DNA of 64,000 nucleotides from Octopus bimaculoides (lineage: Eukaryota). Within the stretch, counting starts at the first letter, position 1. Every line of letters begins with the position of its first letter. Made by a program: the position numbers and the translations under genes. Positions 1-13,432 of the stretch are shown piece after piece. The stretch lies in the NCBI RefSeq assembly GCF_001194135.2, contig NC_068981.1, positions 130,249,249-130,313,248 on the forward strand, given 5' to 3'. The notes beneath the pieces are model-generated. The model was not told where the DNA came from, made no database searches, and saw nothing but the letters and a program-made list of their open reading frames with translations.

Positions 1-1
1 T

Positions 2-42
<41 letters not shown>

Positions 43-57
43 GTATATATATATATA
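1..57. repeat. (TA)n microsatellite
   Basis: Directly visible; many similar (TA)n, (CA)n, (AAT)n and (GAT)n runs occur throughout the window. Confidence 0.95.
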
Positions 58-199
58 TTTACAGATGGCTCTACTCATTTGAAACTGAAAACATACTCAA
101 AATAACATCCTATGACAGAAAATCATTAATTTTTTTTCTTTTTCATTTTAGCCATGTCTAGTGAATTATCAACCTAAAGCAGAGCAAAGAAATTCTCAC

Positions 200-365
200 T
201 TGACAGGACATAATAGGAGACAAACTATCCATTTCATCAACCATGACAAGATTCTTCAGTAGACGAGGAGAGAAAAAGAAAGTGTCTCCTTCTTCTAGAG
301 GCATGGCACTGCTGAATTCTGGTTCATCATCATCATCACCAAGATGAGCAATCTGGTAAAGGAAA
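200..365 (-). CDS. SF3B3: SF3B3 coding exon 10 (gene continues beyond left edge)
   Basis: FLYQIAHLGDDDDEPEFSSAMPLEEGDTFFFSPRLLKNLVMVDEMDSLSPIMSCQ; ttttgcag acceptor, CAA|gtgaga donor; 166 nt. Confidence 0.97.
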
Positions 366-1077
366 CTGCAAAAGAAAAAATAAGTTCAAGTGAAATATTA
401 ATAAAAAACAATTTGTAAATAGTAGAATAAACTGTATGCATATTAATTTTTGACCATTCATATCTTTTATATGTTTCAGTTACTGGACTGCAGCCATGCT
501 TGGGGCACTGTTTTGAAGGAAATTAATTGAAAAAAAATCAGCCCCAGTACTTATTTTCAAGCCTGGGACTTATTCCATCAGTCTTTTATAATGAACTGCT
601 AAGTTATGAGGATGTAATCAAACCAACACTGGTTGTCAAATAGTGGTGGCAAACAAACACACACATATACAACAGGTTTCTTTCAGTTTCTGTCTACCAA
701 ATCCACCCACGAGGCTTTGGTTGGTTTGGGGCTATAGTAGAAAACACTTGTACAAGGTGCCATGCAGTATAACCAAACCAGGAACCATATGGTTCAGAAG
801 CAAACTTCTTACCACACAGCCATGCCTGAGCCTATGACAATAAGTAGTCGACAATATTTTTTTTTTTAATTGTCACAGTGGATTCGGCTATTTTGTAAAT
901 TTACACATTGAAGTAGGAACTTTAAATTAAACCTACACAGGCATAATATCTGTTTTCAGATAGCTTGGTTACAATAATAAAAATAGCATGCTATTTTCCA
1001 ATAAAAAAAAACAATTTTATCAATATGAAAGATTGAACAGTGGCAAAATAAAAATAAAATGAATCTAATTTACTTAC

Positions 1078-1181
1078 TGATTGCCAAACTCTGAAGCAAC
1101 AAAAAGAAATCCAGTCTTTAAGACACACATACTGGTTGCTACAGGAACAGTGTCAAAATACTTGAGGCGTATTTCAGTGAC
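1078..1181 (-). CDS. SF3B3: SF3B3 coding exon 9
   Basis: VTEIRLKYFDTVPVATSMCVLKTGFLFVASEFGN(H); ctgtcag acceptor, TCA|gtaagt donor; 104 nt. Confidence 0.97.
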
Positions 1182-1980
1182 CTGACAGAAGTTGGAATGT
1201 AAAAAAGTATTAATGTTACAACTTCAGTTTTATGAAAAGGAGAAAATAGACAGCAAAAGTTAGTTAAAAAGACATTTTTTACATTAGATAAGGAGAGGTA
1301 TTGATAATATTTCATTTTCTTAAGAGGTTATAATGGTTATGGAAGGATGTGTGCGCATGAATGAGTGAAGAAAGAGTGTGAAGGGCAATATGGTAAAGTG
1401 TATAATATAACTACATACAAATGCATAAGAATTGCTGAATGATTCTTAGATTTTGAATTCAAATTTTTTTCTGAAGTGTGGGAATGAATGTGGAAGATCT
1501 CTAGACATGGGGGGAAATGAACTCGTCAAGGCCTAGTTTCAATCCAAGTAACTTAAGCTAGGCATTAGAAATTGGCCAATGTGTGTAAGGAGAGAGAGAG
1601 AGAAACAACTGTATTGGTATGGACATCCTCCTCATCATTTAGCACCCGTTTTCCATGTTAGCATGGTTAAGACGGTTTAACTGGAGCTGGTAAGCTGAAC
1701 TGGGTTCCAGTCTGTTTTGACTTGGTTCCTACAGCTGGATTCCCATTCCTAATGCCTACCACTTTACAGAGTGTACAGGGTGCCTTTTTATGTGTCACCA
1801 GCAGGGACACTTGGCTAGATATGTAATGTAAACAGATTATACTTGAATTGTGTTGATGACATAGTAGGGGCAGATTTAGGACATAGTATTAAGAATTTCT
1901 GTACAGAAATATTAATTCTATTTTTATTTACAATAAGTTTGGCCAAGAATTACAACAGTTCAAATCTGAAATAAACTCAC

Positions 1981-2055
1981 CATATCTTCATCAATTTCTA
2001 GAGTTATTTTAAAAATGTCTCCCTGTTCTGTCTGGGCCAAGAAGAAGAACATTGA
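1981..2055 (-). CDS. SF3B3: SF3B3 coding exon 8
   Basis: SMFFFLAQTEQGDIFKITLEIDEDM; tttttcag acceptor, ATG|gtgagt donor; 75 nt. Confidence 0.97.
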
Positions 2056-3410
2056 CTGAAAAACAACAGAAAAACAAACCAATTGAACATCTGTGTACGT
2101 AAGGAATGAATTTTATAAATGTAGCTGAGCTTTATATAAACTAGTAAGTGAAGATGTATGAAAAAAAAAAAACAAGTTTATAAGGTATTTGCAGAACTCT
2201 CTGACTTTGTTTCTCAACTGTCTTATTGTAAGTTGAATCGCACATCAATAAAATTCTATCAATCTTATTGACATTACCAATCAAATACTGATTCTAATGT
2301 CATCATTACACATGTGTATTTGCTCCAGTCATGTCCTGGTTGTTTGCCTGGCTGAAAATGCCTTTCCTCAGTCCAAACTGGAGTTTTGATATAAGATTTT
2401 TACATTTTTTTTCACTGCATCTTATTTTCTTATTTTATTACTTGGAATTTGCTAGGCTTTTCATTCTTGTGTTGCTTGAACTAATAATAAATCCTTACAA
2501 ATCTTATAAGCAGCATCATTAATGTTTAGGCCTAGGTCAACTCTGACTGAGCAGAAGTATTATCAAAAGCTTTCTAGTCATGACCATCCAATTTAATTTT
2601 CTAAGACTATGTTCCGTATTGAAGATAGTAGGGTATAATAAGGCTGCTATTTCTGGCAAGATGAGTGATGAATTAGAAGCTCCATTATTGGCTCTGAATC
2701 ACTCATCATCATCATTTAACACCCACCTTCCATGCTGTCATGGGTTGGACAATTCAATATTGGTATTTAATTTTTCACTAGTTTGCAGTAATTGAACTGT
2801 GGCCATGCTAGATTAGCATGCTTTCAAGCGTTTAAGTCAATCAAGTCAGCCTCAGGACTTATATTACTGATCTGACATAATACCAATTTTATACCTATAA
2901 ACACACACGCATGGGCACTCACTCATAAATCATCATCCTTTTAACATCCACATTTTCGTGGTTGCAAGGTATAGACAAAATTCATTGAGGCGGGTTTTAT
3001 ACAGCTAGGTGCCCTTCCTGTCACTAACCCTCACCTGTTTACTCCTAGTCCTTCAAACTGTATGACAAAGATGGATGTTTACAATCAATATTCAATGCCA
3101 AGACAACGGGACATGAACACACACACACACACACACAGATACGACGAGCTTCTTTCAGTTTCCATCTACCAAATCTACTCACAAGGCTTTGGTTGCAAAG
3201 CAAACTTGTAACCACATAGCTAAATTTCTATTTAAATTACCTTCTCTTGACAGACAAGGCTTCAAATAAAACAAAATATGGAAAATAAGATTGTGCAACA
3301 ATCATATGTTTCTCTTGATTCATTGATATATTTAAACTATGCTGAATACATAAATAAATCTTATTCCACCAGCTTCCAACTGAAAAAATACAAAAATAAT
3401 TAAACAGTAC

Positions 3411-3473
3411 CTTTGTTTTGTGAGAAGCACTGCATACAAATATCATTCCTCGTTCGGGGTCATCAAGGTCATT
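3411..3473 (-). CDS. SF3B3: SF3B3 coding exon 7
   Basis: NDLDDPERGMIFVCSASHKTK; tttatag acceptor, AAG|gtactg donor; 63 nt. Confidence 0.96.
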
Positions 3474-4150
3474 CTATAAACAGAAATAAGTAGGAAATAC
3501 ATCCAAATATTATATAATGCAAAAATTACAGACATCAGTTACACTTATAGAAAAATCTACATAAAATAATAACAGCTTGGAAAACACATATTAACCAGTT
3601 AAAAATGCACAAAAGCTTAACTTCACACAAACATTTATTATTTGGTGTCAAAATTTTCATCACACCAACTGCAAGCTGGTTACTGACATGGTTCCGCAAA
3701 AACTAGTTTGAGGTGAAGTTATTGGTATGCATGTGTGTGTGTATATGTGTGCATTTCAGGGTTGCAAATATAATTTTTTCGTCTATACAGGTCAGTCGTT
3801 GTCAACATAAAATTACACCATATTATTGAATAATCAACTGCAACCATATTAATCTTACACCAAATAAAGAGCTAACATTTGATTCAAATTTTTCATGTTT
3901 ATTCTCTGTTCAAGACACTTCCAATCCCAGATTTCGTAACTCTTTTACTAGTTTCAGTTATTGGACTGCAGCCAAGATAGGGCACTGCCTTGAAGAGTTA
4001 GGTCAAACAAATTGATCGAAGTACTTATTTTTAAGCCTGGTAATTATTCTACAGGTCTTTTGCCAAACTACTAACTTGTGGGGGAGTAAACAAACCAACA
4101 ACAGCTGACGAATGGTGGGGGAAGAAGACACACACATACACATATATATA

Positions 4151-5386
4151 CAGGGGTTGGACAAAATAATGTAAACACCTAACATCATAGCATCATAATT
4201 TTGAAATATCTATAAAACCATCAGAAGCTTGTTCATTTTTATGTTTTTTGATTTATTATTTGTTGCTTAATATGTTTTGCTAAAATTGCTGTTTCTTTTC
4301 AGATATCATTAGAAAAAGGTAATTAAAATTCATTAAAATGATAGATCTATTAGATGTTCAAAGAGGTCAAATTGTTGGTGATCGTATGGTAATAAAAACA
4401 ACCGATATGTTTGGTGTATCAAGAAGTACTGTCTTGAAAGTAATGACAGCCTTTGAGAAAGAGGGAAAACCTCCTCGTCGAAACAAAACACAAGAAGAAA
4501 ACCAAAACTTTCAGATAGGGACTGTTGGACTCTTACGCAAATTGTTAGAAAAGATCACAAAAGTACAGCTCCCAAAATTACTGTAGAGCTTAATGATCAC
4601 CTCGAGAACCCAGTTTCCACAAAAACTGTTTGCCAGGAGCTGCACAAAGTCAGATTTCACAGGAGGGCTGCAATCAGAAAACCACTACTTTCAAAAGCAA
4701 ACGTTGCAAAGCATTTAGAGTAGAGTAAAAACCTACAGAATTGGTCCCTAGAGCAGTGGAAGAACGTTATTTTCTCGGATGAGTCATCCATTACCTTACT
4801 TCCAACCACGGGTTGAGTATATGTGTGGAGACATATACTTCCAACTTCTTCCAACTAGTAAACATGGAGGAGGATCTGTGATGATCTGGGAGGGCTATGT
4901 CGTGGAAATCCACCAACCTAACGGTTTCCCTTCAGGGCAGAATTAATAGTCAAGACTATTTGAGCATTTTATCTAATCAAATTCATCCTATGGTTGCGGA
5001 ACTGTTTCCGGAAGGAAACGCCATCTTTCAGGATGATAATGTACCAATTCACACAGCTAAAGTTCTTACTGAATAACATGAGGAACATTCTAGTGAAGTT
5101 GAACATCTTGTCTGGCCACCACAGTCCTCAGATCTCAATATTATTGAACATTTATGGTGCATTTTTAGAAAAACAAGTTAGAAGTTAATCTCCTCCACCA
5201 TCATCACCTCAAGAACTGTTTTAGCTGAAAGATGGACAAAAATTCTTTTGGAAACAATTCAAACTTTGTCTAAGTCCATACCTCATAGAATTGAAGCTGT
5301 AATTACTGCCAAAGGCAGTCCTACCCCATATTAAAATAAATTTGTTTGAAATTTTAAGGTGTTTCCATTATTTTGCCCAACCCCTG
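4151..5386 (+). mobile_element. Tc1-family DNA transposon, both ends present, transposase decayed
   Basis: 30-bp TIRs (caggggttggacaaaataatgtaaacacct; 2 mismatches) flanked by TA. Frameshifted transposase motifs VIFSDES, GGGSVMIW, FQDDNVPIHT and WPPQSSDLNIIEHLW (DD34E type). Confidence 0.92.
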
Positions 5387-6648
5387 TATATATATANNNN
5401 NNNNNNNNNNNNNNNNNNNNNNNNNNNNNNNNNNNNNNNNNNNNNNNNNNNNNNNNNNNNNNNNNNNNNNNNNNNNNNNNNNNNNNNNNNNNNNNNNNNN
5501 NNNNNNNNNNNNNNNNNNNNNNNNNNNNNNNNNNNNNNNNNNNNNNNNNNNNNNNNNNNNNNNNNNNNNNNNNNNNNNNNNNNNNNNNNNNNNNNNNNNN
5601 NNNNNNNNNNNNNNNNNNNNNNNNNNNNNNNNNNNNNNNNNNNNNNNNNNNNNNNNNNNNNNNNNNNNNNNNNNNNNNNNNNNNNNNNNNNNNNNNNNNN
5701 NNNNNNNNNNNNNNNNNNNNNNNNNNNNNNNNNNNNNNNNNNNNNNNNNNNNNNNNNNNNNNNNNNNNNNNNNNNNNNNNNNNNNNNNNNNNNNNNNNNN
5801 NNNNNNNNNNNNNNNNNNNNNNNNNNNNNNNNNNNNNNNNNNNNNNNNNNNNNNNNNNNNNNNNNNNNCAGACTGGAGCCTGGTGTTGCCATCTGGTTTC
5901 ACCAGTCCTCAGTCAAATCGTCCAACCCATGCTAGCATGGAAAGCGGACATTAAACGATGATGATGATGCAGTCCATGGAAGCAAGAGAAGTAATGCTTC
6001 CCTTAAAAATTATAGCAAACAAAATTGAAACTATATTACTTATTTTTCATAAGATCATTCCTCTAATGCTCTGTAAAATTAATATAAACTACATGACATC
6101 ATAGGCTTTAGACTTTTGCTGTCGGAATTAGCATTTTTTCCAATAAAAATGCCACAAAGACAATTTTTTTTCCAGTAAGAGCTGATAACATGTAGTTTTA
6201 GATGCTAATAAATACTTATATGCTTAGATTAAGTTTCTGTCAATTTGCAATACCCATGATAGATATAATCTTACGTTGTTATGTAACACTTACATAGGAA
6301 AAGAGAAGCAAGTTGACATTCTGCTTCTATCAGAAAAATGCTGAAAAGATAACACATGCGTAGTTTTCTGCGTTTATTCAACTAATATTTTATACTTTTT
6401 CAAATTACAGAACACCCTTAATATAAAATGTGAATTTCTTTAGTTTAAAAATATAGCTGTATAATATGAACATGTCAATTTGATTCAGATATCCATGTGA
6501 CAGGCAGGTTTCCACAAAGTTTCCATCTATCAAATTCACTCATAAGGCATTGGTCAGTCTGAGGCCATAGCAGAAGACACTTGCCCATTGCTGAAACAGT
6601 ATTTATAGTCATGTTCAAAATATCAGAAAGTATCCAATAGAGATTCAA

Positions 6649-7058
6649 GGCATAGCTGTGTGGTAAGAAGCGTGCTTCCCAACCACATAGTCCCGAGTTC
6701 AGTACCACTGTGTGGCACCTTGGGTAACTGACTTCTACTATAGCCTCAGGCCAACCAAAGCCTTGTGAGTGGATTTGGTAGATGGAAGGTGAAAGAAGCC
6801 CGTCATGTGTGCACGCGTGTGTATATATATATATATATGTTTGTGTGTCTATGTTTGTCCCCCCCATTATCACTTGACAACTGGTGTTGGTATGTTTACA
6901 TCCCCATAACTTAGCAGTTCAGCAAAGAGACGAATAGAAAAAGTACTAGGCTTAAATATAAGTCCTTGGATCGAATTGTTTGACAAAAACACTTCAATAT
7001 TGTGCTCCAGTATGGCCACATCCAAATGACTGAAACAAGTAAAAGAATAAAAGAATAA
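6649..7058 (+). mobile_element. tRNA-derived SINE with internal (TG/TA)n microsatellite (most abundant family)
   Basis: Head gctgtgtggtaagaag...gttcagt(c/a)ccactg, internal microsatellite, tail actgaaacaagtaaaaga. Further copies or fragments at about 462-826, 3940-4150, 12360-12520, 12541-12925, 19185-19466, 19745-20126, 23035-23412, 24205-24420, 29170-29353, 32590-32800, 36311-36605, 37563-37931, 51238-51400, 52968-53130, 55500-55754, 59055-59410 and 61372-61738. Confidence 0.85.
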
Positions 7059-7356
7059 CAAAACAAAATTTAACCTTTTTGTGGCCATATTTCTGATGAA
7101 GTAAAATACACTACTTATGTGTTTCAATTTAGCTTTAAAATAATCCAGAACTTGTAAGGTTTAGTCAAATAACTGTTATTATTTAGCTAATGTTTGAAAG
7201 GACAAAAAATTACCCCCTTAAATTATTATAGAATGTTTTTAATTGATTATAAACATTTTAAAAATGAGATGTTTTCGATCATAGAATCAGGGAAGTTAGG
7301 TTGATTTCAACAAAATTTACACAAAAGTTCATGCTAGAAAAGAAAAATGTTCTTAC

Positions 7357-7469
7357 TCGTCTCCGTGGAATTGGACATCTAATGTCAGGCTGATCTCCAA
7401 AGTTCTTATATGTGATATAGTTTTCAGAACAAATTAAGCAACCACTTGGACCATCACTGCCTCCAGGTA
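7357..7469 (-). CDS. SF3B3: SF3B3 coding exon 6
   Basis: (V)[37 protein letters not shown]; aacaacag acceptor, CGA|gtaaga donor; 113 nt. Confidence 0.96.
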
Positions 7470-10016
7470 CTGTTGTTGTTAATAATAATAATAATGATGA
7501 TGATGATGATAATCATAATAATAATACTAATGATAAATAATAATAATAATAATAATCCTTTCTGCTGTAAGCACAAGGCCTGAATTTGATGGGTGAGGGC
7601 TGGTCAATTACATCGACCCCAGTGTTCGACTGGTACTTATTTTACTGACCTCAAAAGGATGAATGGCAAAGTTGACCTTGGCAGGGTTTGAACTCAGAGT
7701 ATAAAGACAGACAAAATACCACTAAGCATTTTGCCCAGCATGCTAACGATTCTGCCAGCCCACCACCTTAATAATGATAATAATAAAATAATAGTTTCAA
7801 ATTTTGGTACAATGCCAGTAATTTCAAGGGAAAGGTAAGCCAATAACATTGACCCCAGTGTCCAACTCATAATTAATTCATCAACCCAGAAAGGATGAAA
7901 GATGAATTTGAACTCAGAACATAAAGACAGACAAAATGTTAAGCATTTTGCCTGATGTGCTAACGATTCTGCCAGCTTGCCACCTTAATAAAAATAATAA
8001 TAATAATCCTTTCTACTAAAGGCACAAGGCCTGAAATTTGGTGGGAGGGGACTAGTTGATTACATCAACCTCAGTGTTTCACTGGTACTTAATTTATTGA
8101 CCCCGAAAGGATGAAAGGCAAAGTCGACCTCAGTAGAATTTGAACTCAAAATGTAGCAGCAGACGGAATACTGATAAGCATTTCACCCAGCATGCTAACG
8201 ATTCTGCCAACTCACTGCTTTAGTANNNNNNNNNNGATTCTGCCAACTCACTGCTTTAGTAATAATAATAATAATAATAATCATCATCATCATCATCGTC
8301 GTTTAACGTCCACTTTCCATGCTAGCATGGGTTGGACGATTTGACTGAGGACTGACGAACCAGATGGCTGCACCAGGCTCCAAACAATAATAATCCTTTC
8401 TAATATATGCACAAGGCCTGAAATTTGGTGCAGGAAGCCAGTTGAATACATCAACCCTCTCTTTAACTTTTTCTTTATCCTTATTTGTTAATCTACAAAG
8501 GTGAAATACTGACATAAACTTTTAGACAATGCTACCAAGGTCTTTCTTCTCTATAAAGACATCATCCCTGAAGATGTTGCAGTTTCCAATCAACTTTATA
8601 GAGATGAAATTTGAGGTAGGAAAATAGTCAATATTTTGTAAATGTTATATATAATCAAGGATCATCTGAAATTATTCTAACATCAAGACATAAATGATTT
8701 GATCTGATAGTAAAGTTTGATTGTACCAGCCTACTTAAAAAAAAAATCTACATAATAATCTACTTGCTTGTTCACCCGTTATACTTTAGTTAATTAGAGA
8801 AGTAGAGAGAAATTTGAGTAGAGAAGAGTATAACATACTAAGGCCAAATACATCACACGGTTAGTTGAAAGGAGAATTGAAGAGCAAGAAAAAACGACGG
8901 TGAGAGACAAGTGGGAGAGAGAAGTGTTAATGACGGACTGCAGGGCGGGGAGGGAAAGGTGAAGAGAAAGAGAGAAATATTAAAGACATGAAGAGAGGAA
9001 TTACATGGTTAAGAAGTTTGTGGAAGGGATAGAGAGAAAGAGAGAAATGTAAAGTGCTTAGCTGAGGGAAATTTTAAAACCATATAATATATAATTGTGA
9101 TTAGAAATGAAATAACTCAGCAAAATAAAAATCATCCTTTCTTTCTTAAATAACTTCTCTTAATCTTTTTTGTTGTGGAATTATCACAGGTCCTACTAGT
9201 AAAACATAAATTCATCAAAAACCAGCAGCGATATATGACATAGCTACCACTTCTTCATCATCAACAATACAAGCTTTTCTACTTGTAGAGAATAACTTCT
9301 GCATTAATGAATTTTTTTTTTTAGGCCTATCCAACCGACTTATTCTAAGGCTTTGGTTTACTTTTAACTTACATAGCTTCTGAATGGGTGTATCTGCTGG
9401 GTCTCGGTTTAAAATAACACAGTCAGAAAATGGAGGAAATGATGTGAGGAAATATATAAAAATGAAAGCCATATTTGATGGCACAGGCATATTAAATGCA
9501 CTCCAAGTTCAGTAGCACATATTCAGGATTACTCTATCAAATGTAATGATTATTTATATTGCTTTGAATTAATCATGCAATATCTTATAGGTTTGAGATT
9601 TTCCTAATGTGATTGCTAATTTTCAGGACATTGTAGGGTAAGTGTGAAAAGCTGATTCTGGCTGGTTTGAACATAAAATAGGTAGAATATTTAGACCAGA
9701 TATGCCCAGTTTGAATACTAAAGGGTTAAAACGTAATATAGACCCAACTTTGCATATAGGACCTGAGGTGAGGTTTTGAGACACTTTTGTTGGGGAGAAA
9801 AGTACCATCAAATACTGTAAATTAAAGACGCCAAGATTCATGGCAATAAAAAGGAGATCTTGGAGCAGTATTTATTTTTTAAACTGGAAAATGATAATCC
9901 TATATTGATGATTACAATGTAAGAAACAAAAAATGTCAAGTTAGATGTTTATTTTTCAAATCACAGCTAAAAGAAACAGTATAATATACGAATATGAAGG
10001 ACTTTGAAATATTTAC

Positions 10017-10158
10017 CAGCAATCAGAGAATTAGCATGTTCTTCAAGTTGTTCAGAATATTTCCTTACAACATGGTTGAGACCAAGATCCAATTCATAAT
10101 AAGTAAGCATCTGATGAGTCTGGAGTGCAGCTTCCCCTGTTGGGTCATAGTCAGCTTC
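10017..10158 (-). CDS. SF3B3: SF3B3 coding exon 5
   Basis: EADYDPTGEAALQTHQMLTYYELDLGLNHVVRKYSEQLEEHANSLIA(V); ttttag acceptor, CTG|gtaaat donor; 142 nt. Confidence 0.97.
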
Positions 10159-11142
10159 CTAAAATACAATTCACTTCATTAATATTTATTTTGATAAACA
10201 CATTTGTGTTTATCGTTTTGATAAACATGATACATTTTTTTAAAATAAACAAAAAGAAAAAAAAATGACATGAAAAAATATGGAAATTATTATTTTTTTA
10301 ATGTATATAATGCAGTCTGTCCCATCTTAGCACTGGAGGAAGAGCTAACTGTAAAGAGTTCATGCAAATTATATTTAGTTTGAACTCTTGCAGATTAGTG
10401 ATTTGAAGGGAACTCTTAACACAGTTAAGTTCTATTAGTAATGAGAGATAGAAAGATTTCATACAGGAAAAGGAAAAAGACAAGTACATAATTGGGTGTG
10501 TGTGGGGAGTGAGGATGATCTTACACATGCTCATTTGTTTTCCTACATGTGTCTTAAAATATCATAGATCTCTTTCTTACTTCCAAACCTAGATGATACT
10601 CAAAACATAAGACGCCTAATCACTGAAGTCTTATAACCCTTTAGCATGCAGATTATTCTGTCAAATGTAATGTTGTTTTGAATAAACCATGCATTATCTT
10701 GTAGCATCACAATTTCAATGATGTGAATGATAGAAAGAACCATCTAAGATGTGTAGCCTTCCTAGCAAGAGATGATGCTGCATTGGACTGGCAAAAAATA
10801 ATACAGTTGCAATACACAAGTTTGTGATTGATGACATCTGTAACAATGACACACATAGGGAAACAGCTTTGTCGGATAATTCTCAGGTGAGTCAATCTCT
10901 GACTTTACTAATATCAATGATAACAGCTTTATTTTTTTTCAAAGTTTTCAGAGGTAAGAGATTACCAGTTTGTAGAAAAGATAGCTTCCAGTAAATGCAA
11001 TTTCAACAGAAATCATAATGGTGATCACTAGAGAGAGAAATACATTCAAGATAGTACAGATACTTATTGTGTATGATCATCTCCCATAACCTTATTATAA
11101 TAATGCTTTGCCTGTAACAAAAATAAAGAAATATAATCTTAC

Positions 11143-11315
11143 TTCATAATCTATCTCAAGACAAGCAAATGTTGGATTTTCAAATCCTACATCAACTCCA
11201 ACCATGTGGTAGACGAGTGTGCTGGATTTGTGGGCTTCAAGAGGAGAAGAAATTGTTAGTCGAGCTTGAGCATCTCTGTTCAGGATATATACTAACTTCT
11301 GTTTCTCCACAGCAC
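11143..11315 (-). CDS. SF3B3: SF3B3 coding exon 4
   Basis: (G)[57 protein letters not shown]; tacag acceptor, GAA|gtaaga donor; 173 nt. Confidence 0.97.
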
Positions 11316-11810
11316 CTGTAAATGAAATGCGAACAATTATATCAGATTAAATAGTCTTCAAAACATCAACTGCTCAACTTTGAAGTAAAAATGATATCTA
11401 CAGTATCTTTCTTTAGCATCAAAATTTCCAGCATAATAGAAACACAAGCTACTACATCTGAGAAAGGCTTTTGCATACTCTGTTGTAACTTCTTAAAATC
11501 ATTGGTTTCACATTTTGGTACAAGGCCAGTAATTTCAGGGGAGAAGGAAAGTTGATCACATCGACCCCAGTGCTCAACTGGTATTTATTTTATTGACCTC
11601 AAAAGGATGAAAGGCAAAGTTGATCTCAGAACACAAAGACAAATGAAATGCTGCTGAACATTTCACCCGGTGTGCTAAAGATTCTGCTAGCTCACCACCT
11701 TACTCCTTAAAATTATCAGAAATAAAATAAGACTGTGTAAAACAACTAGGAACATTGTATTGATCAATGCAGAGAAAATAAAACAGCAGTTGATAATTTT
11801 CTTTAAATCC

Positions 11811-12060
11811 TTTAACCCTTTTGTTACCAAACCGCCCAAAGCCGCCGAAAAAAATTTTGGTTCATGTGACCAAGCCACCCAAAACTGCCCATAATCACAT
11901 ATTCATATTTAAATGAGAATATCAGAGCAAATCTCGTTAGTACATTCGTGAAAACACGTGATTATACTGCGTAAACAGTTCAGCTACAAAAACAGCCTTT
12001 CCACATCTAACACTTTTTGCTGGTTCACTAAACTGACTGATTAAAGCGTCATAAAGTTAA
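11811..12060. mobile_element. piggyBac-type terminal fragment
   Basis: TTAACCCTTTTGTTACC followed by aaaccgcccaaa/aaactgccc subterminal repeats; the second end was not found. Confidence 0.4.
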
Positions 12061-13338
12061 TCTCTTCTGCCAACTCTCATTACTCTCCGTCTTTGTCACT
12101 CCAGGCAATGTGATAAACATACTTCCATTTTACTTCCACTGTCACTGACTTTCCATTTGTCATTTACATCTCCTACTTCCCTTTGTCATTTACATCTCCT
12201 ACTTCCCTTCCACATTATCTTGTTGGTGTGACAGTAAATATATACACACAACGCTAATTATTATATGTAGATCTTCAAGTAAATAAAATTACATAGCTAT
12301 GGAGTTTTTTTTTTATATTTGCTAATGTCTTAAAAATCTGAACAAGAAAAGTGAAAGAGACATGGGCATGCGGTTAAAAGACTTGCTTAGCAACCACACA
12401 GTTATGGGTTTAGTACTTCTGTGTGGCAGATTGGACAAATGACTTCTACTATAGCCATAGGCCAACTAAAGCCTTGTGAATGGATCTGATAGACGAAAAC
12501 TGTTGTTGTGTGTGTGTTTGTGTAAGTGTGTATATACATTCTTTTATTCTTTTACTTGTTCCAGTCATTAGAATGCAGCCATACCAGGGCACCACGTCGA
12601 CGTTTTAGTTGAATGAATCAACCCCAGTACTTTTTTTTTTAAGCCTGATACTTATTCTACTAGTCTCTTTTAATGAATCGCTAAGTTCTGGGGATGCAAA
12701 CACACCAACACTGGTTGTCAAGTGGAGGTGGGGGGGACAAACACAGACACAAAAATACACACACACATGTAGATATACATACATACATACAACAGGCTTC
12801 TTTCAGTTTCTCACAAGGCTTTGGTTGGTCCAAGGCTATAGAAGATACTTGCCAAAGGTGCCACACAGTGGGACTGAACCTGGAACCATGTGGTTGGGAA
12901 GCAAGCTTCTTACCACACAGTCACACCTATATATTTTATGTATTTTTGTGTGTATATAGTGTGTATGTGTGCACACGCGTCCTTGTATTGGCCTCATGTG
13001 AGTTGTAAATGTCACTGTCATGCAAGCAATGTTCTTCATTTCCAGTCTTCCATGAAAACATGTTTAGTCATGTGGAAATACTACCTTGCATGGAAAAAGG
13101 TGAGGGTTGGTGACAAGAAGGGCATCAGACTGTAGAAAATCTGCCTCAATAAACTCCATCTGACCCATGCAGTGATGGAAAAGTGGATATTAAAACAATG
13201 ATTTAGGCTTGCAGGAGTTGCAAGGAGAAATAATTCATAGGTCATGAATAGTTAATGTTCTGTCTTTTTTTTTAATTTCAACTTTCTCAGAAGAAAAGCA
13301 GACAAAATGGAATCAAAAAGTAAATATTTTTTTGTTAC

Positions 13339-13432
13339 CTGTCATTACTGCACGTCCCTTTGGATCAACAGCCAAGAACTGACCAGGGACAATCCTCCGA
13401 CAACCACTCTTGCCAAATGTCTCTTGGTGGAT
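13339..13432 (-). CDS. SF3B3: SF3B3 coding exon 3
   Basis: [31 protein letters not shown](G); ttttag acceptor, CAG|gtaaca donor; 94 nt. Confidence 0.97.

Noticed and set aside
5342-5961. Long ORFs in the track at 5.3-5.9, 14.5-14.8, 29.2-29.9, 31.4-32.5 and 55.6-56.1 kb
   Set aside because: They run through N-gaps (poly-X) and are artefacts. Only the mariner part of 29253-30410 is real.
7083-7130. CTGATGAAG hammerhead-like seed; others at 48891, 51569 and 54942
   Set aside because: No GAAA after a closable stem II and no stem I/III pairing.
9215-9900. Possible pogo/DDE transposase relic around the MITE at 9504-9728
   Set aside because: Only vague resemblance (FDG, GVHLICL); catalytic motifs cannot be placed.
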